Assembly (NCBI GenBank): GCA_038087875.1
Contig: JAXLNO010001232.1
Coordinates: 1 to 64,000 of the forward strand
Reading direction: 5' to 3'
Length of the DNA stretch: 64,000 bases
From: Malacoraja senta
Lineage: Eukaryota
Under the pieces are notes generated by a model that searched no databases, had not been told where the DNA came from, and saw only the letters and a program-made list of their open reading frames with translations. Position 1 is the first letter of the stretch; each line of letters opens with the position of its first letter. Below are positions 49,046 through 62,819 of the stretch, in pieces. The position numbers and the translations under genes are program-made.

Positions 49046-52000
49046 TGATCCCAGACTCGGTGAAGCACGACTGATCGTGACCTAACGTTAGAAAGTGCCG
49101 CAAACATGCAAGGTGGGGACAGGCTTACTGCTCGAGACTCCGCGCTCCGTGCGGTGAGGGAGTTCCCGTCGGTCTGACATTGACGGGGCTTAAGGATACT
49201 GATCCGGCCTGCAGGTAGTAATGGCGATCGGGGATCCCGCCGGTTGGTTCGCTCTGGGCGGCCGGCCGGGTTTTCTCTCCAACATGCTGATCAAGCTTGC
49301 TGGGCGGCTTCTGAGGATTGTCAACGGGAGAGCACGTTTGTATTGGCCGGATTCACGTACTCTCCCAAGCGGGTGAGTGCAGCGGGTTGTCTTCTCCCAG
49401 CCCCCGATAGTCATCGGGTGGGAGCGCCTGAGGCTGCTTGGTGGGGCTGCGAAGGTGCACTCTGTTGTAAAAGAACGGAGATCGGGCACTTCCCTGTTCC
49501 TCCACTTTAAGATGTTACTAGACTAAGTAGGACCTGTTGTTTCTCAGTCACACGGGAGGCCTGGTCCCCCAACGCAGCCCATTCCCCAACGTAATATTCC
49601 ACCACTCACCCGTTCGCCCAACGCAAAACGTTCCCCCAAAGCAATATTCCAACACTTACCTATATCCCCTAACTGCGCAGGCGTGGCTCATTTCCCCTCA
49701 TTCTCCAGCACTCCCTCCACCTCCTCTTCATTTGTGGGAGGGGAGGAGGGGGAGGGAAGTGAGCTGTGTGATAGAAGGGTGTGTGTAGGCGGGAGGAGGG
49801 GTGTATGGGCGGGGGGGAGGGGTGTGGGCGAGCGGAAAGGGTGTGTGGACGGGGGAAAGGGGTGAGAGGGAAGGGGAGGGATATGGGGCGGGGAGGGAGG
49901 GGTGTGGGGGCTGGGGACGGGTGTGTGGGGGGCGTGGGGCGTTGTGTGGTTGGGGGGTTGTAGGACAGGACAATCGACTGACGCCTACTGCATTCCTAAC
50001 GACTTAATCAGTGTGTTCTCGATGACACTTTCCCCCACCAAGTTTCAAAACCAACTACAATCCCCCGTCACTTCGGTCACCTACAAAGTGAACCCACACT
50101 CTCCATCCATTCCCGCCCTCCACAGAGACGCTCACTGCAACTCGTTGGTTAATCCATTCCCACCCACACCATTTATTTGCACCTACGGGTGATGTACCAC
50201 CTGTCATTATACCTCCGCCCCCGCCTCCAACCAGGGAACCCAGCAGACCTTCCAAGTGAGGCTAACGTTCATGTGCACCTCCTCGAACTCACCTACTGCA
50301 TGCGCTGTTCCCATTATGGCCTCTGGTACATCGGGGATACCGTGCGGTTTAAACTTTGAATTCTTAAATTTCAGGTGACATCTATCAATCACCGAAACCC
50401 CATCGCTTTCCCCCATTCCACACATATTCTTTCAGTTATAGCCTTTGTCCAACCAACGAACTAAAGCAGCAACCACCTGTGCTCATCGGTTGTCCTGTCC
50501 CTCCTCTCTTCCAGCTCCCCCCCCCCTCGCCATAATCAGTTTGAAGAAGTGTCCCAATCCGAAACGTCATCTGCCTATGTTATCCATGGATCCTGCCGAA
50601 CCCGCGGAGTTACTACAGCACTCTGTCTTTTTTTGTGATGAAACACCTGCAGTTGCATGTTCCAAACATATATAGTAATCTATTTAACAATGCGGTCTAT
50701 ATATTTCAACTCCAGGGCGATTCAATGGATTATTTGAAAACGTCTTAGTCATTGTCTTAAGCAGAGACCGTTCCCTGCGCAACTCGCTGGTTAAATCACC
50801 CTTTTCCTTCCCAAACTAAGTCCTTCCCGGTACATTCCTCTGCACCGTTGGAGATGAAACAACTGTCCTTGTACATCCTCCTTCGGCTCATTCCAAAACC
50901 CCCGACAGTACTTACAGAAAGTGCAGAGTTTCACTTGCTCATCCTCCAACCTCGTCTACTGTGTCCGTTATTCTATGTGTGGACTCATGTACATCGGCGA
51001 GCCCAAGCTTAGAATTGGCGATCCTTTCGCTCAACACCTTCGTTCAGTCCGCCTGGAACTACCTGATCTCATGGTTGCCAATCTCATTCATTCCCCTTCC
51101 CATTCGAACGCTGACCTTTCTAACCTGGGAAACGGCTTTTCACAAACAGCATCAATGATTTTGGCCCGAGAGTCGTTCTTTTCTTAGAAAAATATACAAA
51201 CATTACAAGCACGCAATAATCCACCACTCACCCCTTCCCCAACGCAACCCTTTCTCCCAACGCAATATTCCACAACTCGCCCATGGCCCCTAACTGCGCA
51301 GGCGCGGTTCATATCCCCTCATCCCCAGAACTCTCTCCCGCTCCTCTTCAATTGTGGGAGGGGGAGGGAAAGTGAGGGGGAGGGAAGCGGAGTGTGTGAG
51401 GGAGGGGTGCATGTGGGCGGGATGAGGGGGGTGTGGGCGGGGGAGACGCGTGTGGGCGGGATAAGGGCTGTGTGGGCGGGTGGAGAGGTGGATGGGCGAT
51501 GTGGAGGGTGTGGGGGCGGGGACGGAGTGGGGTGTGGGAGCGGGCGGGAAGGGTGTGGGTGCGGGGTGAGTGTGTAGGGGCTGGAGGGGGTGTGGGGCCG
51601 GGGGTGTGTAGGAGCGGGCGGGGATGTTATTGGGGGTGGTTTTGAAGGCGTGGGGGTTGTGGGGTGAGAGGTGTGTGTGCGCGGGTGGAGTGAGCGCTCG
51701 GAGAAAAGACGGGGGGAGAGTAATGAGGGAGAGGGTGTAAAACTCCGCTGGGGGTGCCGCATGATGGCAGCCTCTGCCTACAGTCTGTTTTCTTCCTATC
51801 TTTTTTTCTTTTTAGTTTGTTTAAAATTTGATTTGGAGGACTTTTTTGTATTTTATGTGGGGGAGGGAGGTAGGGTAAGGGAAAACCGTTTCCCAGTCAC
51901 TTCCTGGCGAGGATGCAACTATTCTCCGAGTCGCGTCCTTGACCCCCTCCTCGCGGCCTACCAACTGGATTGGCGCGGCCTTTCCTGCCGGGGATCGGAC

Positions 52001-52909
52001 CAGAGCGTCAGCAGCGGCGGCGGCTCAGCGCTTGATACATCGCGGAGCGGGCGATGCCTTACCTGGGATAGCCGTTTGAAGCTCCGGAGTGTTGGGCCTG
52101 CTGTATCAACAGCGCGGAGCTGTGGCGCTGACCAACATTGCGGAGTTCTGGGACCTTTTGCCGAGGGCCGCCGGCGTTGAATCTCCGCCCAGCTCGGCCA
52201 GTGGACTTCGGGAGACGCGGACTCCGGGAGGAAGTGGCCGATTCGCAGTCCAAGCCGCTGAGGATGTTCATCCCGGAGATAGGGCCTGAAAATTGGGTCG
52301 GCCGTAGTGGCGAATGCGGGGGGCTCGGACCGCCTATAACTGAAGCTCGCAAATAATGGCACACCCTACGTTGTAGCATTCCTGTGGTTATCACCATAGT
52401 GTCAAGGGGGGGGAAGAGAAGCGAACGAAACACAACGTTTGATAGGAACTCAGCGTGTCGGGCAACACCTGTGGAGAGAATGGGCAGGAGGCGTTTTGGA
52501 TTGTAACCCTTCTACACATTGATTATGGTAGGGAGGGAAAACTGAAAAAAAAAAGAAGGGGTGCAATATGTCAGGCAGGTGGTAAGTGGCTGCATTTGTG
52601 GGGGCTTTAACTGGCAGATGTGTGGAATAGCTGAACTAGACTGGAGGTAATAAAACAAGATTCAGAAAGGGAATCAGATCAGGTAAAGTGGAGTGAAATC
52701 TAAAACCAGGGGGATGTTGATATAGTTCGAAGGTAGCAGGGAGGAGACGATACGTGGGGACGAGGGTGAAATTGGGGACTTGGGAATAGGAAATTAGTGT
52801 CGAGAGGAGGGGAAAGGAGTATGAATTCAGCGGTAAGATACTGGGAGAATCTCCCGTCTCGAGCTCACTACAGTCCGCAGTGCCCAATGTATGAGTTAAT
52901 TTGACATAT

Positions 52910-54615
52910 AACAATATAACCATATAACCATATAACAATTACAGCGCGGAAACAGGCTATCTCGGCCCTTCTAGTCCGTGCCGAACACTTACTCTCACCT
53001 AGTCCCATCTACCTGTACTCAGACCATAACCCTCCATTCTTTTCCCGTCCATATACCTATCCAATTTATTTTTAAATAATAAAAACGAACCTGCCTTCAC
53101 CACTTCCACTGGAAGCTCATTCCACACAGCTACCAATCTCTGAGTAAAGAAGTTCCCCCTCATGTTGCCCCGAAACTTTTGTCCCTTAATTCTCAAATCA
53201 TGTCCTCTTGTTTGAATCTTCCCTACTCTCAATGGAAAAAGCTTATCCACGTCAACTCTGTCTATCCCTCTCATAATTTTAAAGACCTCTATTAAATCTC
53301 CGCTTAACCTTCCGCGCTCCAAAGAATCAAGACCTATCTTGTTCAACATTTCTCTGTAACTTAGGTGCTGAAACCCAGGCAACATTCTAGTAAATCTCCT
53401 CTGTACTCTCTCTATTTTGTTGACATGTTTCCTATAATTTGGCGACCAAAACTGTACACCATACTCCAGAATTGACCTCACCAATGCCTTGTACAATTTT
53501 AACATTACAACCCAACTTATATACTCAATGCTCTGATTTATAAAGGCCAGCATACCAAAAGCTTTCTTTACCACCCTATCTACATGAAATTCCACCTTCA
53601 GGGAACTATGCACAGTTATTCCTAGATCCCTCTGTTCAACTGTATTCCTCAATTCGCTACCATTTACCATGTACGTCCTATTTTGATTTGTCCTGCCAAG
53701 ATGTAGCACCTCACGCTTATCAGCATTAACCTCCATCTGCCATCTTTCAGCCCACTCTTCCAAATGGCCTAAATCTCTCTGTAGACTTTGAAAATCTATT
53801 TCATTATCCACAACACCACCTATCTTAATATCATCTGCATACTTAGTAATCCAATTTACCACACCATCATCCAGATCATTGATGTATATGACAAACAACA
53901 GTGGACCCAACACAGATCTCTGAGGCACTCCACTAGTCACCGGCCTCCAACCTGACAAACAGTTATCCACCATTACTCTTTGGTATCTCCCATTCAGCCA
54001 CTGTTGAATCCATCTTGCTACTCCACTATTAATACCCAACAATTGAACCTTCTTAACAAACCTTCCATGTGGAACCTTGTCAAAGGCCTTACTGAGGTCC
54101 ATTTAGACAACATCCACCGCTTTACCCTCATCAATTTCCCAAGTAACCTCTTCAAAAAATTCAAGTAGATTAGTCAAACATGACCTTCCAGGCACAAATC
54201 CACGTAGACTGTTCCTAATCAGACCCTGTTTATCCAGATGATTATATCTATTATCTCTAAGTATCCTTTCGATTAATTTGCCCACCACTGAAGTCAAACT
54301 AACAGGTCTACAATTGCTAGGTTTACTCTTAGAACCCTTTTTTAAACAATGGAACAACATGCGCAGTACGTCAATCCTCCGGCACCATTCCCGTTTCTAA
54401 TGACATTTGAAATATTTCTGTCATAGCCCCTGCTATTTCCGCACTAACTTCCCTCAATATCCTAGTGAGTATCCTGTCAGGACCTGGAGACTTGTCCACT
54501 TTTATATTTTTCAAAATTGTCAGTATATCCTCTTCTTTGATCCTCATAGTTTCTATAGCTGCACTACTTGTTTCCCGTACCTCACATAATACAATATCCT
54601 TCTCCTTGGTGAATA
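52910..54615 (-). mobile_element. CR1 5'-truncated copy with a 367-aa open RT C-terminal frame (52999-54102)
   Basis: MDLSKAFDKVPH...GVPQRSVLGPLLF...YADD...WD*; (TTATATGG)n tail at 52910-52935. Confidence 0.92.
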
Positions 54616-55645
54616 CCATCTGTACGGATGGGTTAGTGAATGAGATTGCAGACGACAGTGGGATTGGTGTAGTGGCCGCTAGTGAGGAAAGTTGTCAAAG
54701 CATTCAGCGTGATAAGGATCATCTGCAGATATGGCGGAGGGTGGGAGGGGGTGGCAGATGGAGTTTAATCCGAGCAACTGCGAGTTATACTTTGGAATGT
54801 AGAATTAAAGGGGAACGTATCAGTTTATGGCAAAATTTCAACATCTGATGTGCAGAGAGGCCCTGTTGTCTTAGCTGCCTGAAAATGGCAACGCTAATAG
54901 ATAGACTGGTTGATAGGCATATAGTTTTGTTGGGACTGAATATAACAGTGAGGAAGTCACAATGCAGCTCTCGAAGAATTTATTTAGGCCTCATTTTGAG
55001 TCTCGCGTTCACTTCTGGTCGCTCCATTAGAGGAACAATGTGGAGGCTCTGGAGGCGGCGCAGAAGAGGTTTATTACAATGTTGTTTGTAATGGGGGCAT
55101 TGCCTACAAGCAAAGGTGTGACAGACTTGGATTGTTTCATCTGATCGTTGGAGGTTGAGTCCTGATACACGTATATACAGCTATGAGAATATAGATATTG
55201 TCGACACTCAGAACCTTTAACCCAGGGTGGATGTTTCAATGACGAGAGGGTACCACTTTGAAGTGGGAGGTGCAAAATATAATGGATATGTGTACGGCCA
55301 GTTTTTTCTTAACACATAATTGTGGTACGCACTCCTAGGGCTGGTGCTGGAGGCAGATAACATAGGAGCGTTGACAAATATTGCATATATGCCGATGGAT
55401 ATGCAGGGAATGGGGGATATGGATCACAGGTAGGCTAGCAGATTAGATTAATTTGGCATCATGTACGAAATTGATATGGTGGGCCTTAGAACCTTTTCCT
55501 ACGCTGTACTGTTTTAAGTTCATTCTGAATGTTCAAACAAACGATCACTTCAACAACTAGATTCCTGTGGCTCTCACCATTTTTCAACCAAAATGTTCAA
55601 AACACGGCCTGGAATACCGGTTATATTTAGAAAGAGAAAAACCGT

Positions 55646-55715
55646 CTCCTCATCAAGAAATTGAAACCCGGTCTCCTGCGTGACAGGCGGCGATACTAAA
55701 CACTATGAAGGAGGA
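55646..55715 (-). pseudogene. tRNA-Asp(GTC) pseudogene
   Basis: TCCTCCTTCATAGTGTTTAGTATCGCCGCCTGTCACGCAGGAGACCGGGTTTCAATTTCTTGATGAGGAG; Asp anticodon loop CTGTCAC intact, but D-arm deletion and damaged B box and T stem. Confidence 0.8.
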
Positions 55716-57221
55716 AAAGTTGTGCACTCTGTTTTGAGAAGCAGCGAAAGGAATATAGGTGCAACAGGAGGGGGGCGAGCGGGGAGAAATGGGTGCGAGT
55801 TCAGATGGGGAACAGGTTGGGGGCGTGGGGGGGCGTGATTGGTTACCTAAAATGTGAGAATTCAATGTTCACGCCTTTAGATTTTTATTCACCGAAAACC
55901 TGCACCTTTCAGACTTTCACTTCTCACCGTCTCACTCATCTGCTCCCGGCTTGTTCATCGAAACATCGCTCATTAAATGACATGCTCGTGTTGAATTCTT
56001 TCCTGAGGATGTGGTTTCTCTTTTTTAAACGAGTGTAAACGGAACTACGAGTCCTATTGTGTTTTTGTTGTTAGAAATCAACAGCGGGCCTGGTGATCAA
56101 GTCACAGAGTCACACTGCACTGGAGACGGTTCGGTTCTCCAATTGCCGATGGAATCCTGAACACGTCGGCCTTCCACCTGCAGCAGGTCCTGGCCGTAGC
56201 GTCACCCATCCTTTTTCTTCAGAGATTCCGCCATACCCGCTGAGTTACCATCTTTACATACCATCTTTCCGTATTAAGTGCTTCACCTGTTCCTGACACT
56301 TTCCTTCCACACATTCCCGCAGACGCATTGAGTGAGTCGTCGTGATTGTTGGGACTTTACGGGAGTTGCTATCTGTCAGCAGCAATCTGTGTTTAATGTG
56401 CTCCGAGTGCCGAGCTCATTCACTCAGTGTAAACCCCGAATGGCGCTGAGATACAAACTCGTTGAGGGGATATTCGGGGAAAAGCCTTCTTCGAATATCC
56501 GATGAACACCAAACTCTTTCCTCCAACTCCATCGTCGCTTTACGCCATTTTCTGTTTAAAATAAAGCATGCCATTAAGCAGGAAACTCGTCCCGCGCCGT
56601 GGATTGAATCATTGCCTCCCACGTGACAGCCCAACAAACCGACCATTTTATTAGCGAAGAACTGTAATCAATAATGCAACCATTCGTTCAAATGTCAATG
56701 TTCAGCATGGCTTCTTTGACAGTAAGATTCGCCAATCAGAAATCCACCGCACCTTCGAGTCTCTCTAGTTCTTAACTATCGTTCACTTATAGTCGTCAAG
56801 TACCAGCCGAATACGGGGTCCATTTAGCGGCCAATTGTCTGTTTTTCGAAAGAACATTTATAATTGGAAAAGGACAAAGAGTGTAGGAGTAACTCCACGA
56901 GTCAGGAAGCATCTCTGGATAACTGATAGGTGACGTTTTTCATCGGAACCGTTTCTTCAGACAGATCCCGGTCATGGTAAAGATGAGGCAATGGGAGCTT
57001 AGATATTGTAAGTTATTGAAGAGTGAGAGATGTTTCGGATGTATGCGGTAAGGGACTGGACAAGGGGATTAGGTGGAATCGAGGTATGTGGAGATTAGTT
57101 CTTTTGGACAGGAAGAGGCAAAGAAATTGGACTTTGAGAAGGAGATGGAAGCGGGCAAAGCGGGGCTTAGGGAAGATAAGGTTGAAGACTGTGGATGGGA
57201 AAATCGGCAGAAAATTTTGTA

Positions 57222-59210
57222 AGTTTCTATAAGATCCCCCCTCAATCTTCTAAATTCTAGCGAGTACAAGCCGAGTCTATCCAGTCTTTCTTCAAATGAA
57301 AGTCCTGACATCCCAGGAATCAGTCAGGTGAACCTTCTCTGTACTCCTTCTACGGCAAGAATGTATTTCCTCAGATTAGGAGACTAAAACTGTACGCAAT
57401 ACTCCAGGTGTGGTCTCACCAAGACCATGTACAACTGCAGTAGAAGCTCCATGCTCCCATACTCAAATCCTTTTGCTTTGAATGCTAACATACCATTCGC
57501 TTTCTTCACTGCCTGTTGCACCTGCATGCATACTTTCAATGAGTGGTGTACCATGACACCAAGGTCTCGTTGCATCTCCCCTTTTCCTAATCGGCCACCA
57601 TTCAGATAATAGTCTACTTTCCTGTTTTTGCCACCAATGTGGATAACCTCACATTTATCCACATTATACTGCATCTGCCATGCAATTGCCCACTCACCCA
57701 ACCTATCCAAATTGCAGCCTCCTAGCATCCTCCTCACAGCTAACACTGCCCCCCAACTTCGTGTCATCCGCAAACTTGGAGATGTTGCATTCAATTCCCT
57801 CGTTCAAATCATTAATATATATTGTAAATAGATGGGGTCCCAGCACTGAGCCTTGCGGTACCCCACTAGTCACTGCCTGCCATTCTGAAAAGGACCCGTT
57901 TACTCCTACTCTTTGCTTCCTGACTGCCAGCCAGTTCTCTTTCCACATCAATACTGAACACCCAATACCGTGTGCTTTAGGTTTGTATACTAATATCTTA
58001 TGTGGCACCTAGTCGAAAGCCTTCTGAGTCCTGATATTACACATCCACTGGTTCTCCCTTATCCACTCTACTAGTTACATCCCCGAAAAATTATATAAGT
58101 TTCGTCAGGCATGATTTACCTTTCATAAATCCATGCTGACTTTGTCCAATGATTTCACCACTTTCCAAATGTGCTGCTATCCCATTTTTAATAACTGACT
58201 CTAGCAGTTTCCCCACTCCGATGTTAGACTAACTGGTCTGTAATTCTCCGTTTTCTCTCTCCCTCCCTTTTTAAAAAGTGGGGTTACATTAGCTACCCTC
58301 CAATCCTCAGGAACTACTCCAGAATCTAAAGAGTTTTAAAAAATTATCACTAATGCATCCACTATTTCTGGGGCTACTTCCTTAAGTACTCTGGGATGCA
58401 GCCTATCTGGCCCTGAGGATTTATCGGCCTTTAATCCATTCAATTTACCTAACACCACTACCCGCCTAACCTGGATTTCACTCAGTTCCTCCATCTCATT
58501 TGACTCCCGGTCCCCTGCTATTTCCGTCAGATTATTTATGTCTTCCTTAGTGAAGACAGAACCAAAGTAATTATTCAATTGGTCGGCCATGTCCTTGTTC
58601 CCCATGATCAGTTCACCTCTTTCTGACTGCAAGGGACCTACATTTGTTTTAACTAATCTGTTTATCTTCACATATCTATTAAAGCTTTTGCAGTCAGTTT
58701 TTATGTTCCCTGCCAGTTTTCTTTCATAATCTATTTTCCCTTTCCTAATTAAGCCATTTTCCTCCTCATGGACTGAATTTCTCCCAGTCCTCTGGCAGGC
58801 TGCTTTTTCTGGCTAATTTGTATGCTTCATCGTTTGTTTTGATACTATCCCTGATTTCCCTTGTCATCCACGGATGCACTACCTTCCCTGATTTATTCTT
58901 TTGCCAAACTGGGATGAACAATTTTTGTAGTTCATCCATGCAGTCTTTAAATACCTTCTATTGCATATCCACCGTCATCCCTTTAAGAATCAATTGCCAG
59001 TCTATCTTGGCCAATTCACGTCTCATACCCTCAAAGTTACCTTTCTTTAAGTTCAGAACCCTTGTTTCTGAATTAATTATGTCACTCTCCATCCTAATGA
59101 AGAACGCAACCATATTATGGTCACTCTTGCCCAAGGGGCCACGCACAACAAGACTGCTAAATAACCCTTCTTCATTACTCAATACCCAGTCTAGAATAGC
59201 CTGCTCTCCC
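57222..59210 (-). mobile_element. CR1 ORF2 internal fragment (tether + RT), frameshifted
   Basis: [52 protein letters not shown]. Confidence 0.9.
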
Positions 59211-59219
59211 TAGAATACC

Positions 59220-60760
59220 CTGCATAAAACGCATCTATTCTCCGACATCTCCCTCGCCTCCAAAGTGATAACACAACTAGTCACATCTTCCCATCTCCAC
59301 CTCTTTCCACGCTCCACAAAGACATTTCCCTCCGCAATTCTTTGATTCTCTCATCCCATCCCACCTAATTTACCTCTTCCCCTGGTACTTTCTTCTGCAA
59401 CTACATGAGATGTTACACCTGCCACTGTAATTACGGTCCTAATCTCACCCCGTTAGTCTGGGTCAGTAACACACTGAATCTACTAATTTTATCAAGTCTA
59501 CTAACTTTATCACTGAATCAACTAACTTTATTTTCCAAACACAGACACACTACCTATACGATACCTAATCCAACACCGGTGGTCCGATCCTTGTCTCTAG
59601 TAGTCCAAGCCCTTGAGCCTCGTGCGAATAGTACACCTCCAGAACGTCAGCACGGTCCCAAGGGCTACCCCAGAAAATCGTCACACTCTCATGTGTTCTC
59701 CCCTCTTTTATACCTTCACGGACCCTCGGCACGAAATACATGGGGGAGGGGCAAATCTACAAGCCAATCATCGATAAAAATCATGAAATACATTCATTGA
59801 CAGTTCCATAACCCAGAATATCACATGACATTGTTTCTACAGAAAGCACTTAATGGGAAACAGTTCTATTAAGCAAATAAACATTTTACCAGGTAATGTA
59901 AACAATTCGGGCAAGACCCATCTCCTAGACCAATCACGAACAATGGCGCAAAGACCATGCAACATAGTTAACAAACAATATTACAACCCATCATTTCCCA
60001 AGCAATCCTGAGCATGCATTTGCAGCAGGACCTAGCCCCTTCAGCAAAACCCTCATACGTATTAATAATTAAAGGACATCTGGACAACAACGTGTACACA
60101 ACTTCCTCTCAGGCCACAGACATTCTGGAGCCATGACACACCTGGTTTTTGCAGCTTTTCCAAAATATTTCAAGCAGCTTTTGCAAAAGCAGAAATCCTC
60201 CATTTTGTCAGGCACCTAAAATGCCCAATATTAGCACCACTCTACCGCCGCCAATGACTCCATCCAGGGACCCCAGCTGTCCCCCATGGGAGACAGGAGT
60301 TCACAGGCACCTCATCTAAACGTCTACCCCATCTTGTATTCCCGATGTGGCATCCGGTACATAGACGAGATTAAGTGGTATGATCGTTGCATTGTCCAAT
60401 GTCAGGTAACATCAAACAATCCGCCAACCCCCTTCTCCTTCACCCCACCTCACCCCTTTCTTCCCTCGAACCTCCTATGTGCAGCAGCCGGACTCAAACC
60501 TATTTCATCCCTTCGCCCACATGTCTTCCTCCGTAATACATTCGCAGCTCTCCAATGCTTTTGTCTCACACCTGTTGTGTCAGCTCTGGCATTTGTCCTA
60601 CACTCTGGCTTCGGTGCAACCATTTGGCTGTCAAAAGCTCCCCTCTTCTGTGTTCACCTATTAACTGCCCCTCCTCACTTCCAGCTCCTCCACCCCCGCC
60701 ACGTCCTTCTGAAAAATTGTCCCGGTCAGGGTTACTGCTCGACTCGGGGAGTTACTCAAC
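59220..60760 (+). mobile_element. Old Penelope-like fragments (linker and GIY-YIG remnants + terminal repeat)
   Basis: TTSHIFPSPPLS...PGTFFCNYMRCYTC (59270-59425), NVYPILYSRCGIRYIDEIK (60320-60375), degenerate terminal repeat 60700-60780. Confidence 0.5.
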
Positions 60761-61074
60761 ATTTTGTGTCTTTTTTGTAAACCAGAATCTGCGATTGTTT
60801 CCTTCTATTTGTCTATACTAATCACGAACAGTGCGGTCGATATATTTCAACACCGTTCAAAAACGATTCTGAGTATCATCGGCATTGTGAAAGTACTTGG
60901 AAGCACAGACGAAAGGATCCAGATTCCAAACACCACCTTTGTGTAAATCGTTCGTTTTTAGATACTTTTATATTTTCTGAGCGGGTCGTGTGACCATTTC
61001 TATAATCTCGTTTCCGTTAACTACACACATTCCTATCCACGTTGGTGAATCCACCCCCCCCCCCCCCCACACGT

Positions 61075-62300
61075 TCTAATTTAATCACACCCGTGTAGCA
61101 CTACCGAACGTGCATGCCAGAATATCGTTTCTCCTCCAATTAAGATGCAACCCGTCCCTTTTGTACAGGTCTCCTCTTCCCCAAAATAGATCGCAGTGAT
61201 CTAGAAATCTAAAGCCCTGTCCCGTGCACCAACTGCTCAGCCACACATTCAGATCCCCTATCTTCCAGTTCCTACTTTCACTAGCACAAGGTACTGGAAG
61301 CAACCCAAAGATAACCACCCTAGAAGTCCTGCTTTTCAGCCTCCTACCTCGTTCTGTACACTCACGTTGCAGAATCTCCTTGCTCTTCTTACCCACGTCA
61401 TTTGTGCCTACATCCATAACTACTTCCGGCTGTTCACCTTCCCTATCGAGGATGTTCTTAAGTCGGTCTGAGACATTTTGGGCCCTGGCACCAGGGACGC
61501 AACCCACCTTCCCCGAGTTTCGCCTGTCGCCACAGAATCTCCTGTCCGCACCTCTGACAATGGAGTCATACTACACTATGGCGGCCTGACGTCGGTCGAG
61601 CCTCAGCACCAGGGTTTGAGTCACAGACCTGTCCGCTGATCGGACTGGAACCGTCCTCGGCCCCGACAGCTCCCAAGAGGGTGTACCTATTTTCAAGAGG
61701 AACTTCCACCGTGGTCCCCTGCACAAGTTTCATCCCCTTCATTTCCGCCTCTAACCGTCGCACCACGTACTTTTGGAGTGAAGACATGAATGTAGGTCCT
61801 GCACAGGAAGTTATCGTCTTCCGCAGGTTATCCAGCTCGTCCTGGAGGAGGTGCAGCTGGACACACTTCCCACAGGTGGAGTAGTCAGTGCCCCAACCTG
61901 CAGCAAACGCACTGCAGTAATATTCCTGCCATCACGTCAATAAGTTTCAAATTTTAAATTAAATTAAACACACAACCGGATAACTGTAGCCTCCTTGCCG
62001 CAGACTCTTGAGCCAATGTCTTATACTTCACCTCAACTACACCGCTCCCAACAGGAACCAAATTTGATTTATCTAATCAAGACAACTATCCACTCAAATA
62101 ATTAGGATGTCTCAGCCAATCCACTCCCTCGCTGGTCTGGTTACTTCTCCTCTGCGACCTTCAAAGTATCTGCCCGGGATGTCCCTTTGCGCTCTTTTTA
62201 AAGCTCCCGAACTCTACTCACCTAGGAGTAAGACTTCCTTCAGTCAATCCCCTCACACGCTGGTCTGGCTGCTGCTCCTCTGCGACCTTAAAGGCAATTA
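61075..62300 (-). mobile_element. CR1 5' part: 5' UTR and ORF1 with SGNH esterase
   Basis: VVMDVGTNDVGKK...VVIFGLLPVP...YKRDGLHLN (61085-61507); paralogous to 23681-24540. Confidence 0.85.
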
Positions 62301-62819
62301 GCCCGCGGCTCGGGATTGTTTAACTATTCACTCATTTATTTTGCTCAAGGACTAGCCGGGGATTGGGGTCGCATTTGGCCCCTATAGTATGTTGTTGGAA
62401 AGGACATTTGTAAACGGGAAAGGACACAAAAGGCTGGAGAAAGGCCGCGGGTCAGGCAGCATCTCTGGGGAACATGGATATGTAATGTTTCGCATCGGGA
62501 CCGTTCTACAGACAGACTACGTCCATGGTAAGGCAATGGGGGACCATTGAAAGGAGACTTTCAATTTTAAAGTTATTGAAGAGTTGAAGGGAGTGTAAGG
62601 TGTCTCGGATGTATTTGGAAAGGGAGTGGACGGGGGTAGGATGGAAACGAATGATGTGCAGATCAAATCAGTGCGGCAGGTGCAGGCGGAGACGATGGGT
62701 CTGTCAGGGCAATACTGTTCGTGGATAGTGGAGGGAGATAGAAACGGACACTGTTTGACTTTGGAACAATTAAGTTGGATACTTGTGGATGACGAGATCG
62801 GCAGAAGTGGTGAGTAGCC

